From Polyangiaceae bacterium (GTDB lineage: Bacteria > Myxococcota_A > Polyangia > Polyangiales > Polyangiaceae), in contig JBILLK010000030.1 of the NCBI GenBank assembly GCA_044376115.1, positions 73,361-137,360 on the forward strand: a stretch of 64,000 nucleotides of DNA, given 5' to 3'. The position numbers were made by a program, and so were the translations under genes. Below the pieces are notes generated by a model. That model was given only the letters and a program-made list of their open reading frames with translations. It searched no databases and had not been told where the DNA came from. This document shows, one piece after another, positions 29,983-40,476 of the stretch (positions are counted from its first letter, which is position 1; each line of letters opens with the position of its first letter).

Positions 29983-31734
29983 ATGAATCGGCTAACGCTC
30001 TATCTGTGCCTCCTGCTGATTGGTTTCGCCTGCAGTTCGGGGGGCGCACCGCAGCCAACCGTAGTGGCTCCAGCTCCGCTCGTAACCACGCCTGCTGCAG
30101 CCACGACAGCGATCGCCGCCGGCGATCTCAGCTTCCTCTTTCGCAAAGACGAAGCAGGCCTGCACGTGGTCGTTCGTTTCCGTGGAGAGACCTCCGGGCG
30201 CACGGAGCTGGAGCTTCCCTCCGAGTGGGGAGGGGAGACCGAGCTTTGGCGTGGAATCGAGAACCTCCGCCCGACCTCGCCGGAGACCACGCTTGTTCCG
30301 GGCGCGGCGCCACAACATCCGGTGCTCGTGCATCCACCGTCCGCGGAGCTCGAGCTCCAGTACAGCCTGCCGACCAAGCCAGTCGCTGCCGAGCTGAAAG
30401 ACGGTGAGAACTATCGACCGCTCGTGCATGCCAACTGGTTTCACTTCATCGGTCACGGCCTGTTAGTCACGCCGAAGTGGGACGATGCCGAAGCGCGTTC
30501 GCTGCAGCTGCGCTGGGAGGGCCTCGCTCCTGAGGTCCATATCGCGCATAGCTTCGGCGTGGACTTGCGCGAGCAAACGCTGCGCACGACGCTGGCGAAG
30601 CTGCGCCACGCGGTGTTCGTAGGCGGTGACTTCCGGGTCTTGGTCGCCGACGTGCGCGGCAAACCGGTGAACGTCGCTATGCGCGGCGATTGGAAGTTCA
30701 GCGATGCTGAGTTCCTCGACCTCGTGCGCACGATCGTGAGCACCGAGCGAGACTTCTTCAACGATCACGACTTCGATCGATTTCTGATCACGCTGATTCC
30801 AACCGGCAGTGGCTGCTGCAGTTACGGCGGTACTGGGCTTACCGATTCGTTCGCTACCTTTATCAACTCGAACCTCGGCATCGAGGGGCGGATGAAGCAT
30901 CTGCTCTCCCACGAGCTGTTTCACACCTGGAACGGTCGGCGCATTCAGCGGCAACAACCAGAGGAACTCGTCTATTGGTTCTCCGAGGGTTTTACCGACT
31001 ACTTCAGCGACGCCTTGCTCTTGCGCTCCGGCCTCATCAGCTACGAGGAGGCGGTCGCGAACTACAACAAGGTGCTGCGGCTCTACTACCTCTCCCCGGT
31101 GCGCAACGTGCCCAACGAGCGCATCCGTCAAGACTTTTGGAACAACCGAGACGTTGAACGGCTGCCGTACCAACGCGGCAACATCTTGGCGCACGAGTGG
31201 AACTTCAAGATTCGAGCGGCCCACCCCGATCGCTCGCTCGACGACCTGATGCGTGCGCTGCTGAAGGACGCGATGAGCGAGGGAGCCGTGGTGTCCCCCG
31301 AGAAGATCGACGCTTTGATGTCGCAGTACCTACCGAGCGGCGTAGCGGAAGACCTCGAGCGCTACATCGATCGCGGCGAAACGCTGGTCGTTTCGGCCGG
31401 CTCGATGGGGCCATGCGCGACCCTGGTACAGGAGCAACTCGGCCCGTTCGAACTCGGCTACGACGAAGAGGCAGCCGATCGCGATGGCTTGCTGCGCGGG
31501 GTTACGAAGAACGGGCCTGCCTACCGCGCAGGTGCCCGCGAGGGGATGAAGCTCAAGCACAGCCGTTACAGCGGCGATATCACCCGCCCCGTCGAGCTAA
31601 CCGTGATTGATCCGCAGGCCCGTGCTGATTCCCCAGCCCGCGTCCTTCGCTATCTGCCGCAAGGTCCCAAGCAGCCGGTGCCGCAGTTCCGAGTCGATGC
31701 CGCCAAAATCGCTGCAGGCACCCGCTGCTTCTAA
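29983..31734 (+). CDS. M61 glycyl aminopeptidase-like metallopeptidase lipoprotein with PDZ-like tail
   Basis: HELFHTWN...WFSEGFTDY, YQRG, GPAYRAG. Confidence 0.9.
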   Translation: MNRLTLYLCLLLIGFACSSGGAPQPTVVAPAPLVTTPAAATTAIAAGDLSFLFRKDEAGLHVVVRFRGETSGRTELELPSEWGGETELWRGIENLRPTSPETTLVPGAAPQHPVLVHPPSAELELQYSLPTKPVAAELKDGENYRPLVHANWFHFIGHGLLVTPKWDDAEARSLQLRWEGLAPEVHIAHSFGVDLREQTLRTTLAKLRHAVFVGGDFRVLVADVRGKPVNVAMRGDWKFSDAEFLDLVRTIVSTERDFFNDHDFDRFLITLIPTGSGCCSYGGTGLTDSFATFINSNLGIEGRMKHLLSHELFHTWNGRRIQRQQPEELVYWFSEGFTDYFSDALLLRSGLISYEEAVANYNKVLRLYYLSPVRNVPNERIRQDFWNNRDVERLPYQRGNILAHEWNFKIRAAHPDRSLDDLMRALLKDAMSEGAVVSPEKIDALMSQYLPSGVAEDLERYIDRGETLVVSAGSMGPCATLVQEQLGPFELGYDEEAADRDGLLRGVTKNGPAYRAGAREGMKLKHSRYSGDITRPVELTVIDPQARADSPARVLRYLPQGPKQPVPQFRVDAAKIAAGTRCF

Positions 31735-31752
31735 CGGCGAGCCTCCTCTCGC

Positions 31753-33177
31753 TCAGAGCCGCCCATCCACGATGCGCGTGATGATCGCGCGGTAGGCGCG
31801 CGCGAGCTGCCGATCGCGCTCGGCCCAGCTAGCTCCGCCGGTGGGGAGGTTCGCCGCGATCACGAACTCGCGACCGTAGCCGGCGACCGGCTGGGCTTCA
31901 TTGTCGAGCACCGGCCAGCAGGAGTAGCCGATGTCGAGGAACTGCCCCGAGGTGCCAAGCCCCAGCTTGCTGAAGGTGCGCCATTGGCCTTGGCTGCGCT
32001 CTTCGATGTAATCGGGGTCGTGACCCACCTGATGGTAGATCGCCGTGTCGCGCGTCATGCCGCCCCAGGTGCCGTATTTCGCCGAGTCGGCGGCACCGTA
32101 GAGCAGCGTCTCGATGTCGCTCCATTGAATGCCGGGTAGCCGTTGTTCGGCCTCTTCGCGGTGGAGCACCAAACGCTTGATCGCTTCAGCGGCGGTAAAG
32201 CTGGAGAGGTTGTTGGCGGGCCCGCTGGTGGTGTCCGGCGCGATCGTCACGGCGCTGCCGTCGGCTTCGACGAAGCTGTAGCCGAGGTTCGGTGCAGCAG
32301 CGCCATAGTTGCCGCCAAACGTCTCATTCAGCGGGCGCTCGAGCCACAGATCGTGGATCAGGTCGTTGGCCCGCGCCCTTCCACCAATGTCATGAAAATA
32401 GCGCCCTAACCCGTTTGAGCTGTAAGGGTCGTAATCGTAGTTACATACGCTCGTAACCAGGTCGCCGAGCGGGTTGCTGGCGGCGTTAGCGGTGAGCCCA
32501 ACCGTGTAATTGGACGCGATGCGCAGCCGCGAGGCGGCGTTCGCTGCGGCGAGGACCTTGGTCGTACTCCAAGGTTGATAGGCAATATCGTGGCTGCCGT
32601 TACTGAGGTAGCGATAATGCGGTACGCCGCCGACGCGGCGAATCAGGATCACCGTGACGAACATGCCGGCGGGAACGAAGTCGGAGAGCTCGTCGTGCAC
32701 CACCACCGGCGCGCTGGAAGGCTCATACGTCACGACCGAGCCGTCGGCGCGGGTGATGGTTGCGCTGGTATCCACGCTCGGGCAGATCAGGTCGCGATCC
32801 TCGTAGCTTGGGAAGCGTTTGGCACCGCAGGTATCGTCGAGAAATTGGAAGTAGTCGGCGGGCACGGGGTTCGCGCAAAGCGCAGGCGGCTCCGGATCGA
32901 GCTCCGGAATCGGCGCCGGAATGAAGCTTCCGCCTTCACCGCCTGCGCCGCTCGCGGCTTGTGCCCCCTGGCCGTTGCCGCCACCCGCTGTGCCACCGCC
33001 AGCCGAACCACCGCCTGCGGCGCCGATCCCACCGCTGCCTCCGACGGCCGCGCCTCCAGCAGAGGATGCGCCGGTTGCGCCTGCACCATCAACGGTTTCG
33101 GCGTCCCCGCAGGCGACCAGAGAGAGCGTGAGGTACGTGCCGAGCCTTGCCAGCGTCGAAGGAAGCACAGCTTTCAT
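31753..33177 (-). CDS. Divergent serine beta-lactamase/PBP-fold lipoprotein
   Basis: SxxK (STTK), SxN (SSN) and KxG (KLG) in order; LVAC lipobox, Gly linker. Confidence 0.6.
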   Translation of the reverse strand: MKAVLPSTLARLGTYLTLSLVACGDAETVDGAGATGASSAGGAAVGGSGGIGAAGGGSAGGGTAGGGNGQGAQAASGAGGEGGSFIPAPIPELDPEPPALCANPVPADYFQFLDDTCGAKRFPSYEDRDLICPSVDTSATITRADGSVVTYEPSSAPVVVHDELSDFVPAGMFVTVILIRRVGGVPHYRYLSNGSHDIAYQPWSTTKVLAAANAASRLRIASNYTVGLTANAASNPLGDLVTSVCNYDYDPYSSNGLGRYFHDIGGRARANDLIHDLWLERPLNETFGGNYGAAAPNLGYSFVEADGSAVTIAPDTTSGPANNLSSFTAAEAIKRLVLHREEAEQRLPGIQWSDIETLLYGAADSAKYGTWGGMTRDTAIYHQVGHDPDYIEERSQGQWRTFSKLGLGTSGQFLDIGYSCWPVLDNEAQPVAGYGREFVIAANLPTGGASWAERDRQLARAYRAIITRIVDGRL

Positions 33178-33224
33178 GCGCTGATGCTGGCGTGGTGTGG
33201 AGCCGGCTGCAAGGGATCTGCGTC

Positions 33225-33830
33225 TCAACGAGCGCGGCTGCGCGCCTTGGGCTTCGCTCGTTCGGCCTCGCGCTCGAGGCGGCGCGCGGCTTGCGGCGCC
33301 ATGCCCTGCAGATCGCTCGCTGAATGGCCTTCGAGCCAGGCGGCGAACCAATCCTCGAGCGAGTCGCTCTCACGGCGAAAAAGCAGAGGTGAACCGCGCG
33401 TCAGAAACGGCGCGTAGGCGGGGATGCGCGTCGCGTCGAAGGGGTCTTCCAGCGCTGGCGCTGCGACGTCCCGAAAGTGCGGGTCGAAGCGAACCACGCG
33501 CGCGCGCTTGCTGCGCAGGTCGATGCAGGAGCCGATCCCACAGCCCCACGCGTAGAAGTCGATGCAGCCCTTCGGCCAAGGATCGCTCGAGGCTGCGCGG
33601 CCCTCGCTCGTGTGCACGATCTCGGCGAGCGTGAGTGTGCCCGGCCACACGCCGTACCCGAGCGTGCCGTAGAGCCGGCGAAAGATCGCGGGCAACTTGA
33701 AGCCGAGCGCTTGCTCCGCGGCATCGAGCGCGCTCTCAGTGCAGGGCTCGCTCGAGAGCTGCCCCGCCATCTTTGCGCGAAGCCCATCGACCAGCTGCTC
33801 GACCGTGCTCGGCTCGCTCGTGCGACTCAT
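33225..33830 (-). CDS. SMI1/KNR4 (SUKH) family protein
   Basis: ALDAAEQALGFKLPAIFRRLY; WGCG...CID; SLEDWFAAW. Confidence 0.8.
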   Translation of the reverse strand: MSRTSEPSTVEQLVDGLRAKMAGQLSSEPCTESALDAAEQALGFKLPAIFRRLYGTLGYGVWPGTLTLAEIVHTSEGRAASSDPWPKGCIDFYAWGCGIGSCIDLRSKRARVVRFDPHFRDVAAPALEDPFDATRIPAYAPFLTRGSPLLFRRESDSLEDWFAAWLEGHSASDLQGMAPQAARRLEREAERAKPKARSRAR

Positions 33831-33862
33831 CTGCAAACGGCTATCCCAGGCTGGTTCGCTAC

Positions 33863-34786
33863 TCAAGGTCGGACTTGGTCCCGCGTCTCCCGCAGCGCCT
33901 GCTCCATGACGACCGTCAGCCAGCGCATGAAGGTGGCTACGCGCCGCGAGAGTTGACTGCGAACTGCGTACAATAAGTGCGCTGGCATCGGCGCAGCCTC
34001 GAACTTGGGCAGAATGCGCACGAGCTGCTTCGCTCGCAGAAGATGCTGCAAGCCGACGCTCGGCGCCTGGATGATGCCAAGCCCCGCGAGACAAGCCGCT
34101 TCGTAGGTCACTGCGCTGTTGACGCTCAAGGAACCGGCCATCTCCACGCTGCGCGTCGTGCTTCCGTCGTACACCTCGAAGCCATCGGGGCGCTGCCCGA
34201 GCACCGGCGCGTAGTGGATCAGCCGATGCGACTTCAAGTCCGCGAGCCTGCGCGGTGTACCGTGCGCACGGAGGTAGGTAGGGCTCGCGCAGTTGATGAG
34301 CTTGAACGAGCCCAGCGCTTTGGCGATCAACACGGAGTCGGAGAGCGCGCCTACCCGCAATACGCAGTCGAAGCCCTCGCGGATCAGGTCGACGCGCCGG
34401 TCCGTGCTTGAGAGCTCCAGCTCGATCTTTGGATGCGCTTTGAGGAAGTCGGGCAAACGTGGCACGACGATGTTGCGCGCGACCCCGGTGGGCATGTCGA
34501 CACGGAGCCGGCCAGAGAGCTCGGCGTCAGTGCGCTGGAACATCGAAAACAGCTCCTCAACGTCGGAGACGAGCTCGCGTGAGCGGGCGTGGAAGACCCG
34601 GCCGTCTTCGGTCAGACGCACGCGTCGCGTCGTGCGCTGCAGCAGCCGTACACCAACGGCGCCCTCGAGCTCACGGACCGCAAGCGAGACCGTGGCTTTG
34701 GGCAAGCCCAGCTGCGCTGCCGCTTGCGTGAAGCTCTCGAGTTCGGCGACTCGAGCGAACACCGCCAATTGTTGAACGCGGTCCAT
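33863..34786 (-). CDS. LysR-family regulator (CrgA/DmlR-like)
   Basis: SFTQAA HTH, LQRTTRRVRLTEDG, VDLIREGFD. Confidence 0.95.
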   Translation of the reverse strand: MDRVQQLAVFARVAELESFTQAAAQLGLPKATVSLAVRELEGAVGVRLLQRTTRRVRLTEDGRVFHARSRELVSDVEELFSMFQRTDAELSGRLRVDMPTGVARNIVVPRLPDFLKAHPKIELELSSTDRRVDLIREGFDCVLRVGALSDSVLIAKALGSFKLINCASPTYLRAHGTPRRLADLKSHRLIHYAPVLGQRPDGFEVYDGSTTRSVEMAGSLSVNSAVTYEAACLAGLGIIQAPSVGLQHLLRAKQLVRILPKFEAAPMPAHLLYAVRSQLSRRVATFMRWLTVVMEQALRETRDQVRP

Positions 34787-34863
34787 GATTGTGCAGAAAA
34801 TCTATACAGTGTTGTCAGTTAGTGTGCCTTTATTTGCCGCATGCGAGCCATTACGGTCAGCGC

Positions 34864-35619
34864 ATGAACAAGATCGCAATCATCACTGGGGCAAGCCGTG
34901 GGCTCGGTAAGAGCGCAGCACTTTCGTTGGGGCGGCGCGGCACGGATGTGATCGTCACGTATCAAACGCGCGCGAGCGACGCCGAGGCGGTGGTGAAGGA
35001 GCTCGTCGGTATGGGGCGTAAAGCGGTCGCGTTGCAGCTCGATACTGCAGACGTGAAGTCGTTCAGCGCCTTCGCCGCAGCGGTCGAGCAGGCGCTGAAG
35101 CAGACCTTCGAGGCAGACCGCTTCGACTTCCTGGTCAACAACGCAGGCACGGGTGCTCATCAGTCTTTCATGGAGACGACGGAAGAGTCTTTTGACCACC
35201 TGATGAACATCCACCTCAAGGGCGTCTTCTTCCTAACGCAGAAGCTGCTGCCCCTGATGCGCGACGGTGGACGCGTTCTGAACCTTTCGACCGGCCTCAC
35301 GCGCTTCGCGCTACCTGGCTATGCGGCCTATGCGTCGATGAAAGGCGCCGTCGAGGTGCTCACGCGTTACCTGGCGAAGGAGCTCGGTCCGCGCAAGATC
35401 GCTGTGAACGTGCTCGCTCCCGGTGCGATCGAGACCGACTTCGGCGGCGGCGCCGTCCGCGATAACGCGCAGCTGAATGCGTTTGTCGCCTCGCAGACCG
35501 CGCTTGGTCGAGTGGGCCTACCGGAGGACATCGGGGACGTCGTGGCCTCGCTCCTGAGCGATGACCAGCGCTGGGTGAATGCCCAACGCATCGAGGCCTC
35601 CGGCGGCATGTTCCTCTAA
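34864..35619 (+). CDS. Classical SDR oxidoreductase
   Basis: TGASRGLG, NNAG, YASMK; divergent from the LysR gene. Confidence 0.95.
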   Translation: MNKIAIITGASRGLGKSAALSLGRRGTDVIVTYQTRASDAEAVVKELVGMGRKAVALQLDTADVKSFSAFAAAVEQALKQTFEADRFDFLVNNAGTGAHQSFMETTEESFDHLMNIHLKGVFFLTQKLLPLMRDGGRVLNLSTGLTRFALPGYAAYASMKGAVEVLTRYLAKELGPRKIAVNVLAPGAIETDFGGGAVRDNAQLNAFVASQTALGRVGLPEDIGDVVASLLSDDQRWVNAQRIEASGGMFL

Positions 35620-35643
35620 CCGCGCCGAAGAAGCGCGGGTTAG
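35616..35643. terminator. Hairpin spanning two convergent stop codons
   Basis: CTAACCGCGC...GCGCGGGTTAG. Confidence 0.45.
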
Positions 35644-37561
35644 CTTGCAACTGGGAACCACAACCTGAAGCTGGTTCCTTGCCCTTCGCTTGATTCGACC
35701 TCGATCGTCCCACCGCTCTGCGTCACGATGCCGTGTACGACCGCGAGCCCCAAGCCGGTGCCGCGCCCCTCAGCTTTGGTCGTGAAAAACGGCTCAAAAT
35801 ATGTTCGCGAATCTCGCTTGGGATGCCCGAGCCGGTGTCGCGAACCGAGAGCACCACGTAGCTTCCCGGCCCAGGTTCCTGCGGGCGCTCGGTATCCTTG
35901 GAAACTGCGGCCGTCGCGATCTCGAGGCTGCCGCCGCGAGGCATGGCGTCGCGCGCGTTCACGGCCAGGTTCATCAACACTTGCCCGAGCTGGCCTGGAT
36001 CGATGTTGACCTTGCTCAAACTGGGCTCGAGCCGCGTCGTCAGCTGAATATGCTCACCGATCATCCGCCGCAGCATCTTCTCGGTTTCGCGGACGGTGGC
36101 GTTCAGGTCGAGTGCGCGCGGCTCGAGCACGCTACGCCTGCTGAACGTAAGTAGTTGTTGGGTTTGAGCCGCGGCCCGTTTACCCGCCTCGTGGACGGCC
36201 TCGAGCGAGGCGAGCAAGGGGTGGTCGGCCTCGAGCGACGACAACATCAGCTCGGTCTCGCCGATGATCACCGTCAACAGGTTGTTGAAGTCATGCGCGA
36301 CGCCACCGGCGAGTTGACCAAACGCCTCCATCTTGTGCGCCTGTCGGAACTGCTCCTCGAGCCGCTTGCGCTCGGTCAGGTCATGCAGGATGAACAGCAC
36401 GCTGGTCGTGCCATCGCTGGTCATGGGGGACGCCACGACCGAAACCACCCTGCGGCTGCCGTCGAGGCGAACGATGCTCTCTTCTACCGCGGGAACGGCC
36501 TCTCCCGTGCTCAGCATGGTGGCGATTCGCTCACGGACGCTCGCGTGATGCGCCTGCTCGATGATCTCGTACGGATCCAGCCCCAATAACTGCTCCGCCG
36601 ACGTGGCTCCTATCAAGCGCACGAAGGCCGCGTTGCAAAAGCTGATCTTGCCCTCCGTGTTGACGAACACGGCGTCCGGCAGCAAGTCGACCAACTGCCG
36701 ATAGCGCTGTTCACTGGTGCGCACCTTTTGTTCGGCTAGACGGCGCGCGCTGATGTCGGTGATCACGCCGTTCCAGGTCACGCCGCCACTTTCATCGCGG
36801 ATCGGTCGCGTATGGCCCTCGACCCAGATCTCCCCGCGCAGCGGATTGCGCACGCGATATTCGCCACGCCAGGGCGTCAGCGTTTGGGCTGACTCTTCGA
36901 CGCGTGCGCGCACTCGCGGCAGATCCTCAGGGTGGATCAGCGAAAGGGCTTGTTCGGCGTCGCGCTGGATCGTCTCGAGCGGCAAGCCGAACAGGTTGGC
37001 CAGCGCGTCGGTTGCGTACGGGAACGAGGCCACCCCGTCAGCCGCTCGTCGGAAAGAGCACACTGCGCTTGGGCTGCTTGCAGCGATGCCGGCAATTCTG
37101 TCGCGTTCTGCAGCGAGCTCACGCTCAACCCGCTTGCGCTCGCTGATGTCGAGCACGAAGCCGTGCCACACCGTGGCCCCGTCCGGTTCACGAAGTGGTC
37201 CGGAGATAGCCTCCACCCAGATCTCCCCGCGCTCGGGGTGGTTGATGCGGTACTCAAAGCGCAGCGGTGTGAGATCCCGAGCCGAGAGCGCCATGGCCTT
37301 CTTGAGCACGAGCAGATCCTCGGGGTGCACTCGTTCGACCGCGAGGCTTGAATCCTCCAGCAGCTGCTCCGGCGTGGCGCCAAACAGCTCAATGAGCGAC
37401 GAGGTCGCGTACGGGATCTCGAACGCACCATCCGCTCGCAGACGATAGGAAGCGAAGGCGCCCGGAACGACCGCCGCCATCGTAGCGAAGCGCTTGCGCA
37501 GCGCGAGCAGCGCCTCGGCCTCGGCACGATCCAACGCGACCTTGTCGTCCCCTGCCCCCAC
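35640..37561 (-). CDS. Three-PAS sensor histidine kinase, 1-nt frameshift near the 3' end
   Basis: AHDFNNLL H-box, [15 protein letters not shown]; adding one T (A4 run 35796-35799) restores [19 protein letters not shown] to TAA at 35640. Confidence 0.9.
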
Positions 37562-37776
37562 GTCTCACGCCCCCTGACGATGACCCCACGATCGCACGAT
37601 CCCTACGAATCGTCGCGCGAGATCGCCATCCGCGGCGCTTCGCGGTCAACAGAGCACGAACCCAAGCGGAGTTGTGCTTTCGAAGAGAGCGCATCACAGC
37701 CTGAACGTCAGTGTTTCTGCGTAGTTCAAGCGGAGTTGAGTTGGGCCGCAAGCTCGACCACGGTGGTGCCGTGCCC

Positions 37777-39024
37777 ATGACTCGCTCGCCAGTGTCTGTT
37801 TCCCGTCGTGCGCTCTTGCAAGGCCTGCTGACGGTTCCCACCGCACTGGCGCTTGGAGGTTGTCAACAACTCCTTGGCCTCAGCGGTAACAAGCAAGTCA
37901 ACGCGAAGGAGCCAGAACTGCAGCCTGAGAAGCCCGCGGAGGCGCTGGTGTTTGGCGCTATGGAGATCGTTCCAGCTCCGCCATCAACGACGCTGCCTGT
38001 CGCAATCAAGGTCCAGATCCCTCGTCGCTCCGGGTATCTGCCATACCAGGGCCTCGCGATTGAGTCGCACCAGGAGGGGAAGATCGTTGGTCGCGAGCTG
38101 GCGGGCAACGAAGGGATCGGCCTATTCGGGGCCAGGGTGCAGTTGTCGAAGGAAGGCCCGCAGACGCTCAAGGCGGTGGCCGAAGGTAAAGTGCATGCAG
38201 CGATCCAGATCCAGGTCGCCAAGACACCGGCGGTTGGTGGTGCGATGTTCGGCGCCGTTGTACCAGTTGAACTGGCCTCGTTTCGCAAAACAGCCTTCTC
38301 CTCCGCTCCGGTTCCCGAGCTACACATTACTCGTTGGCGCGCGCTCGATCGTGATCCCGCAGTGATCATCGAGTGGCGACGTGGCGGAGCCACGGTATTT
38401 CGCGAGCAGGCTCGTAAGAGCTTTGGCTTCCGCAGCATGCTGGAGACAGCCTCCTTTCTCCCTCAGTTTCGTCCCAAAGATTTGCGCGCCTGGCAGCGCG
38501 AGCCCGTGGTCGTCACCGCACCGGAAGGCTGGGATCCGAAGGGAGAGTGGGAGGTGATTCTGCATGAGCAGCACCAGCCGAGCGTGCGCATCGTGCCCAC
38601 GGGTCCCGGCGAGGAGGGCAGCCTCGTGCTCCGTCGTGTCAGCGCCACCGAGATCGAAACCCCGCCAGCGACCATCAAGGCGCTTGCCGCGATCCCAGGC
38701 CTCAAGCCAGCCGAAGGAGAGGACGCGCCGGTGACGCCTGCGGAGGTCCGCGCACTCACGCGCTCTGTCGAGCTGTTCAAGCTTCGCGAGAAGCTCTCGT
38801 TGCTGCACAGTAGCGGCCGCAGCCATCAGCCCGTCGAATGGATCGACGGAGAGAGCCCAACGGCCCACTGGCAACGTCAGCGCGCCGCCAACGCCGCCGT
38901 GGACCGCGAAGCCAACGGCTTGGCCAAGAACGACCTGCGTGTCCGCGCCGATATCTTCGCGAAGATGAAGCCGCTCATCAAACAGTTCGGCGGTCAGTGG
39001 ACGCCGGAAGAGACGCCGTCCTAG
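37777..39024 (+). CDS. Tat-exported lipoprotein of unknown function
   Basis: SRRALLQG...LALGG-C. Confidence 0.7.
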   Translation: MTRSPVSVSRRALLQGLLTVPTALALGGCQQLLGLSGNKQVNAKEPELQPEKPAEALVFGAMEIVPAPPSTTLPVAIKVQIPRRSGYLPYQGLAIESHQEGKIVGRELAGNEGIGLFGARVQLSKEGPQTLKAVAEGKVHAAIQIQVAKTPAVGGAMFGAVVPVELASFRKTAFSSAPVPELHITRWRALDRDPAVIIEWRRGGATVFREQARKSFGFRSMLETASFLPQFRPKDLRAWQREPVVVTAPEGWDPKGEWEVILHEQHQPSVRIVPTGPGEEGSLVLRRVSATEIETPPATIKALAAIPGLKPAEGEDAPVTPAEVRALTRSVELFKLREKLSLLHSSGRSHQPVEWIDGESPTAHWQRQRAANAAVDREANGLAKNDLRVRADIFAKMKPLIKQFGGQWTPEETPS

Positions 39025-39067
39025 GCAGCCAACGAGGAGCGGAGGGAATTCGGTCTGCGGCCCTCGG

Positions 39068-40018
39068 CTAGACGAGCTTCTGCAATTGGATCCGGTGTGT
39101 AAGTCCAAGCTTCGCCAATCCGGAATGAATCTGGGTACTGACCGCTGCGATCGAAAGACCTAGTTCGCTCGCGATCACCTTCAAAGGTAGTCCTCGCCGC
39201 GCTCGGTCGAGTGCGGCCACCTCAGCGCGTGAGAGCCGTGGCTCGTCTTCATTCGAGCGGCGAATGAGCAGATAGCGCCTTCCGTCCTTCTCTTCGATCT
39301 CGGCCACAGACCAGCCGCCGCGCCAGAGTTCGTCCCATAGTCGCTCGCCCTCCTCGCTCGCGACGCGACGCTGTAACTCCTGTGCGCCCTGCCGTGCAAG
39401 GTCTGGTACGAGCCGAGCGAGGCTGTCAAAGGTGGCGGCGCTCCCGGACGCTCGGCCGCGCGCATCAATCAGCGCAGCCGACTTGTCCCACGCTGGCCCT
39501 ACTCTCGAGGCGAACCCTCCCAAAATGTGCCGTTGCAGCCTCATTCGCTCGCGCGCCTGCAACGGGCCACGGTCGTCGCCTCGCAACGGCACGCATACAG
39601 TGAGTCGAAACGAGCGGGACACTGCGTGAATTCCGAAGTCGTCATCAAAGCCCGGAAGAAAGCGTCGAACCACCGAGGATGGATTCTCCACTGCGCCAAT
39701 CAGCCGCTTGACCTGAGTTGTGCCGCGACTAACCCGCGTCGTTCGATAAACCAACCCGAAAAGCTTCTCGTGAGAAAGAGGATAGATGCCCTGGGCGACA
39801 CGGGTAATTGAACTAGGCACATCCCAGCTGGCAGCGGGTGTCAGCAGCTTTGAAGGGTCCTCCAGATGGACCACGGAGAAGTCGGCTCGGTTCCCCACAC
39901 CAAGTAGCACGGGCTGACCAATCAACTTTCCGAGCGCGAGCGTCAGCTGTCCATTCCACGCGGCGAGTTCATTGGGCCCGTGGTGACAGAGCCCTAATAC
40001 ATTGTCGAGACCTCGCAC
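39068..40018 (-). CDS. LuxR-type C-terminal HTH regulator, paralog A (divergent)
   Basis: RLQRHI, PAW, WDELWRGGW, DGRRY, LSRAE...KVIASELG...KLG. Confidence 0.8.
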   Translation of the reverse strand: MRGLDNVLGLCHHGPNELAAWNGQLTLALGKLIGQPVLLGVGNRADFSVVHLEDPSKLLTPAASWDVPSSITRVAQGIYPLSHEKLFGLVYRTTRVSRGTTQVKRLIGAVENPSSVVRRFLPGFDDDFGIHAVSRSFRLTVCVPLRGDDRGPLQARERMRLQRHILGGFASRVGPAWDKSAALIDARGRASGSAATFDSLARLVPDLARQGAQELQRRVASEEGERLWDELWRGGWSVAEIEEKDGRRYLLIRRSNEDEPRLSRAEVAALDRARRGLPLKVIASELGLSIAAVSTQIHSGLAKLGLTHRIQLQKLV

Positions 40019-40094
40019 TGAGCAAGCCTAATGTCCTGCAATAGTGTCAGCTATGGTCATTTATTCGCTTCGCGATGCGCAACCGAAGTGAATT

Positions 40095-40255
40095 TGCCGG
40101 AATGGTGGTTGGCGCTGTGACTGTGAGTACCGCACTAGCGGACACAGGGGCGACTTGGCAGCCGATACCGCAGGAGTTTCCTCCCTCATACGATACGGAG
40201 AACGCAGCGGGGCCTCGCGAGTTCACTACCTCGGCTAGCTCGGTCTGGCAAAACA
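40095..40255 (-). pseudogene. Remnant of the head domain of the fibre gene at 47514-48218
   Basis: QTELAEVVNSRGPAAFSVSYEGGNSCGIGCQVAPVSASAVLTVTAPT aligns with QTAAAEVANSKGPVGTSVALNGGNFCGAGQTCLAAPTSASAVVTVAVPT. Confidence 0.8.
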
Positions 40256-40476
40256 CGACCTCCACACTCGCGCCGACGTCTTCGCGAAGATGAAGCAGCT
40301 CATTAAAGAGTTCGGCGGCGAGTGGACGCCGGAAGAGACGCGCTCCTGAGTCAACTGCCAGCTTGCTGGACAGGGGTCGGAGTGAGCGTGAAAAGTATGC
40401 TATCGCAGCTAGTAAGCTAGCTGCGAAGCTGCATCCGATCCGTTCGAGACATCGTTAACGCTCGGACTTAGAGACG

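Larger units (their letters stand above)
38944..40349 (+). repeat. 81-bp imperfect direct repeat (38944-39024 and 40269-40349)
   Basis: RADIFAKMKPLIKQFGGQWTPEETPS* vs RADVFAKMKQLIKEFGGEWTPEETRS*; 70/81 nt identical by hand count. Confidence 0.9.

Noticed and set aside
38944..40349. 81-bp repeat as a DGR VR/TR pair
   Set aside because: Mismatches are not confined to adenines, and there is no RT or Avd gene in the window
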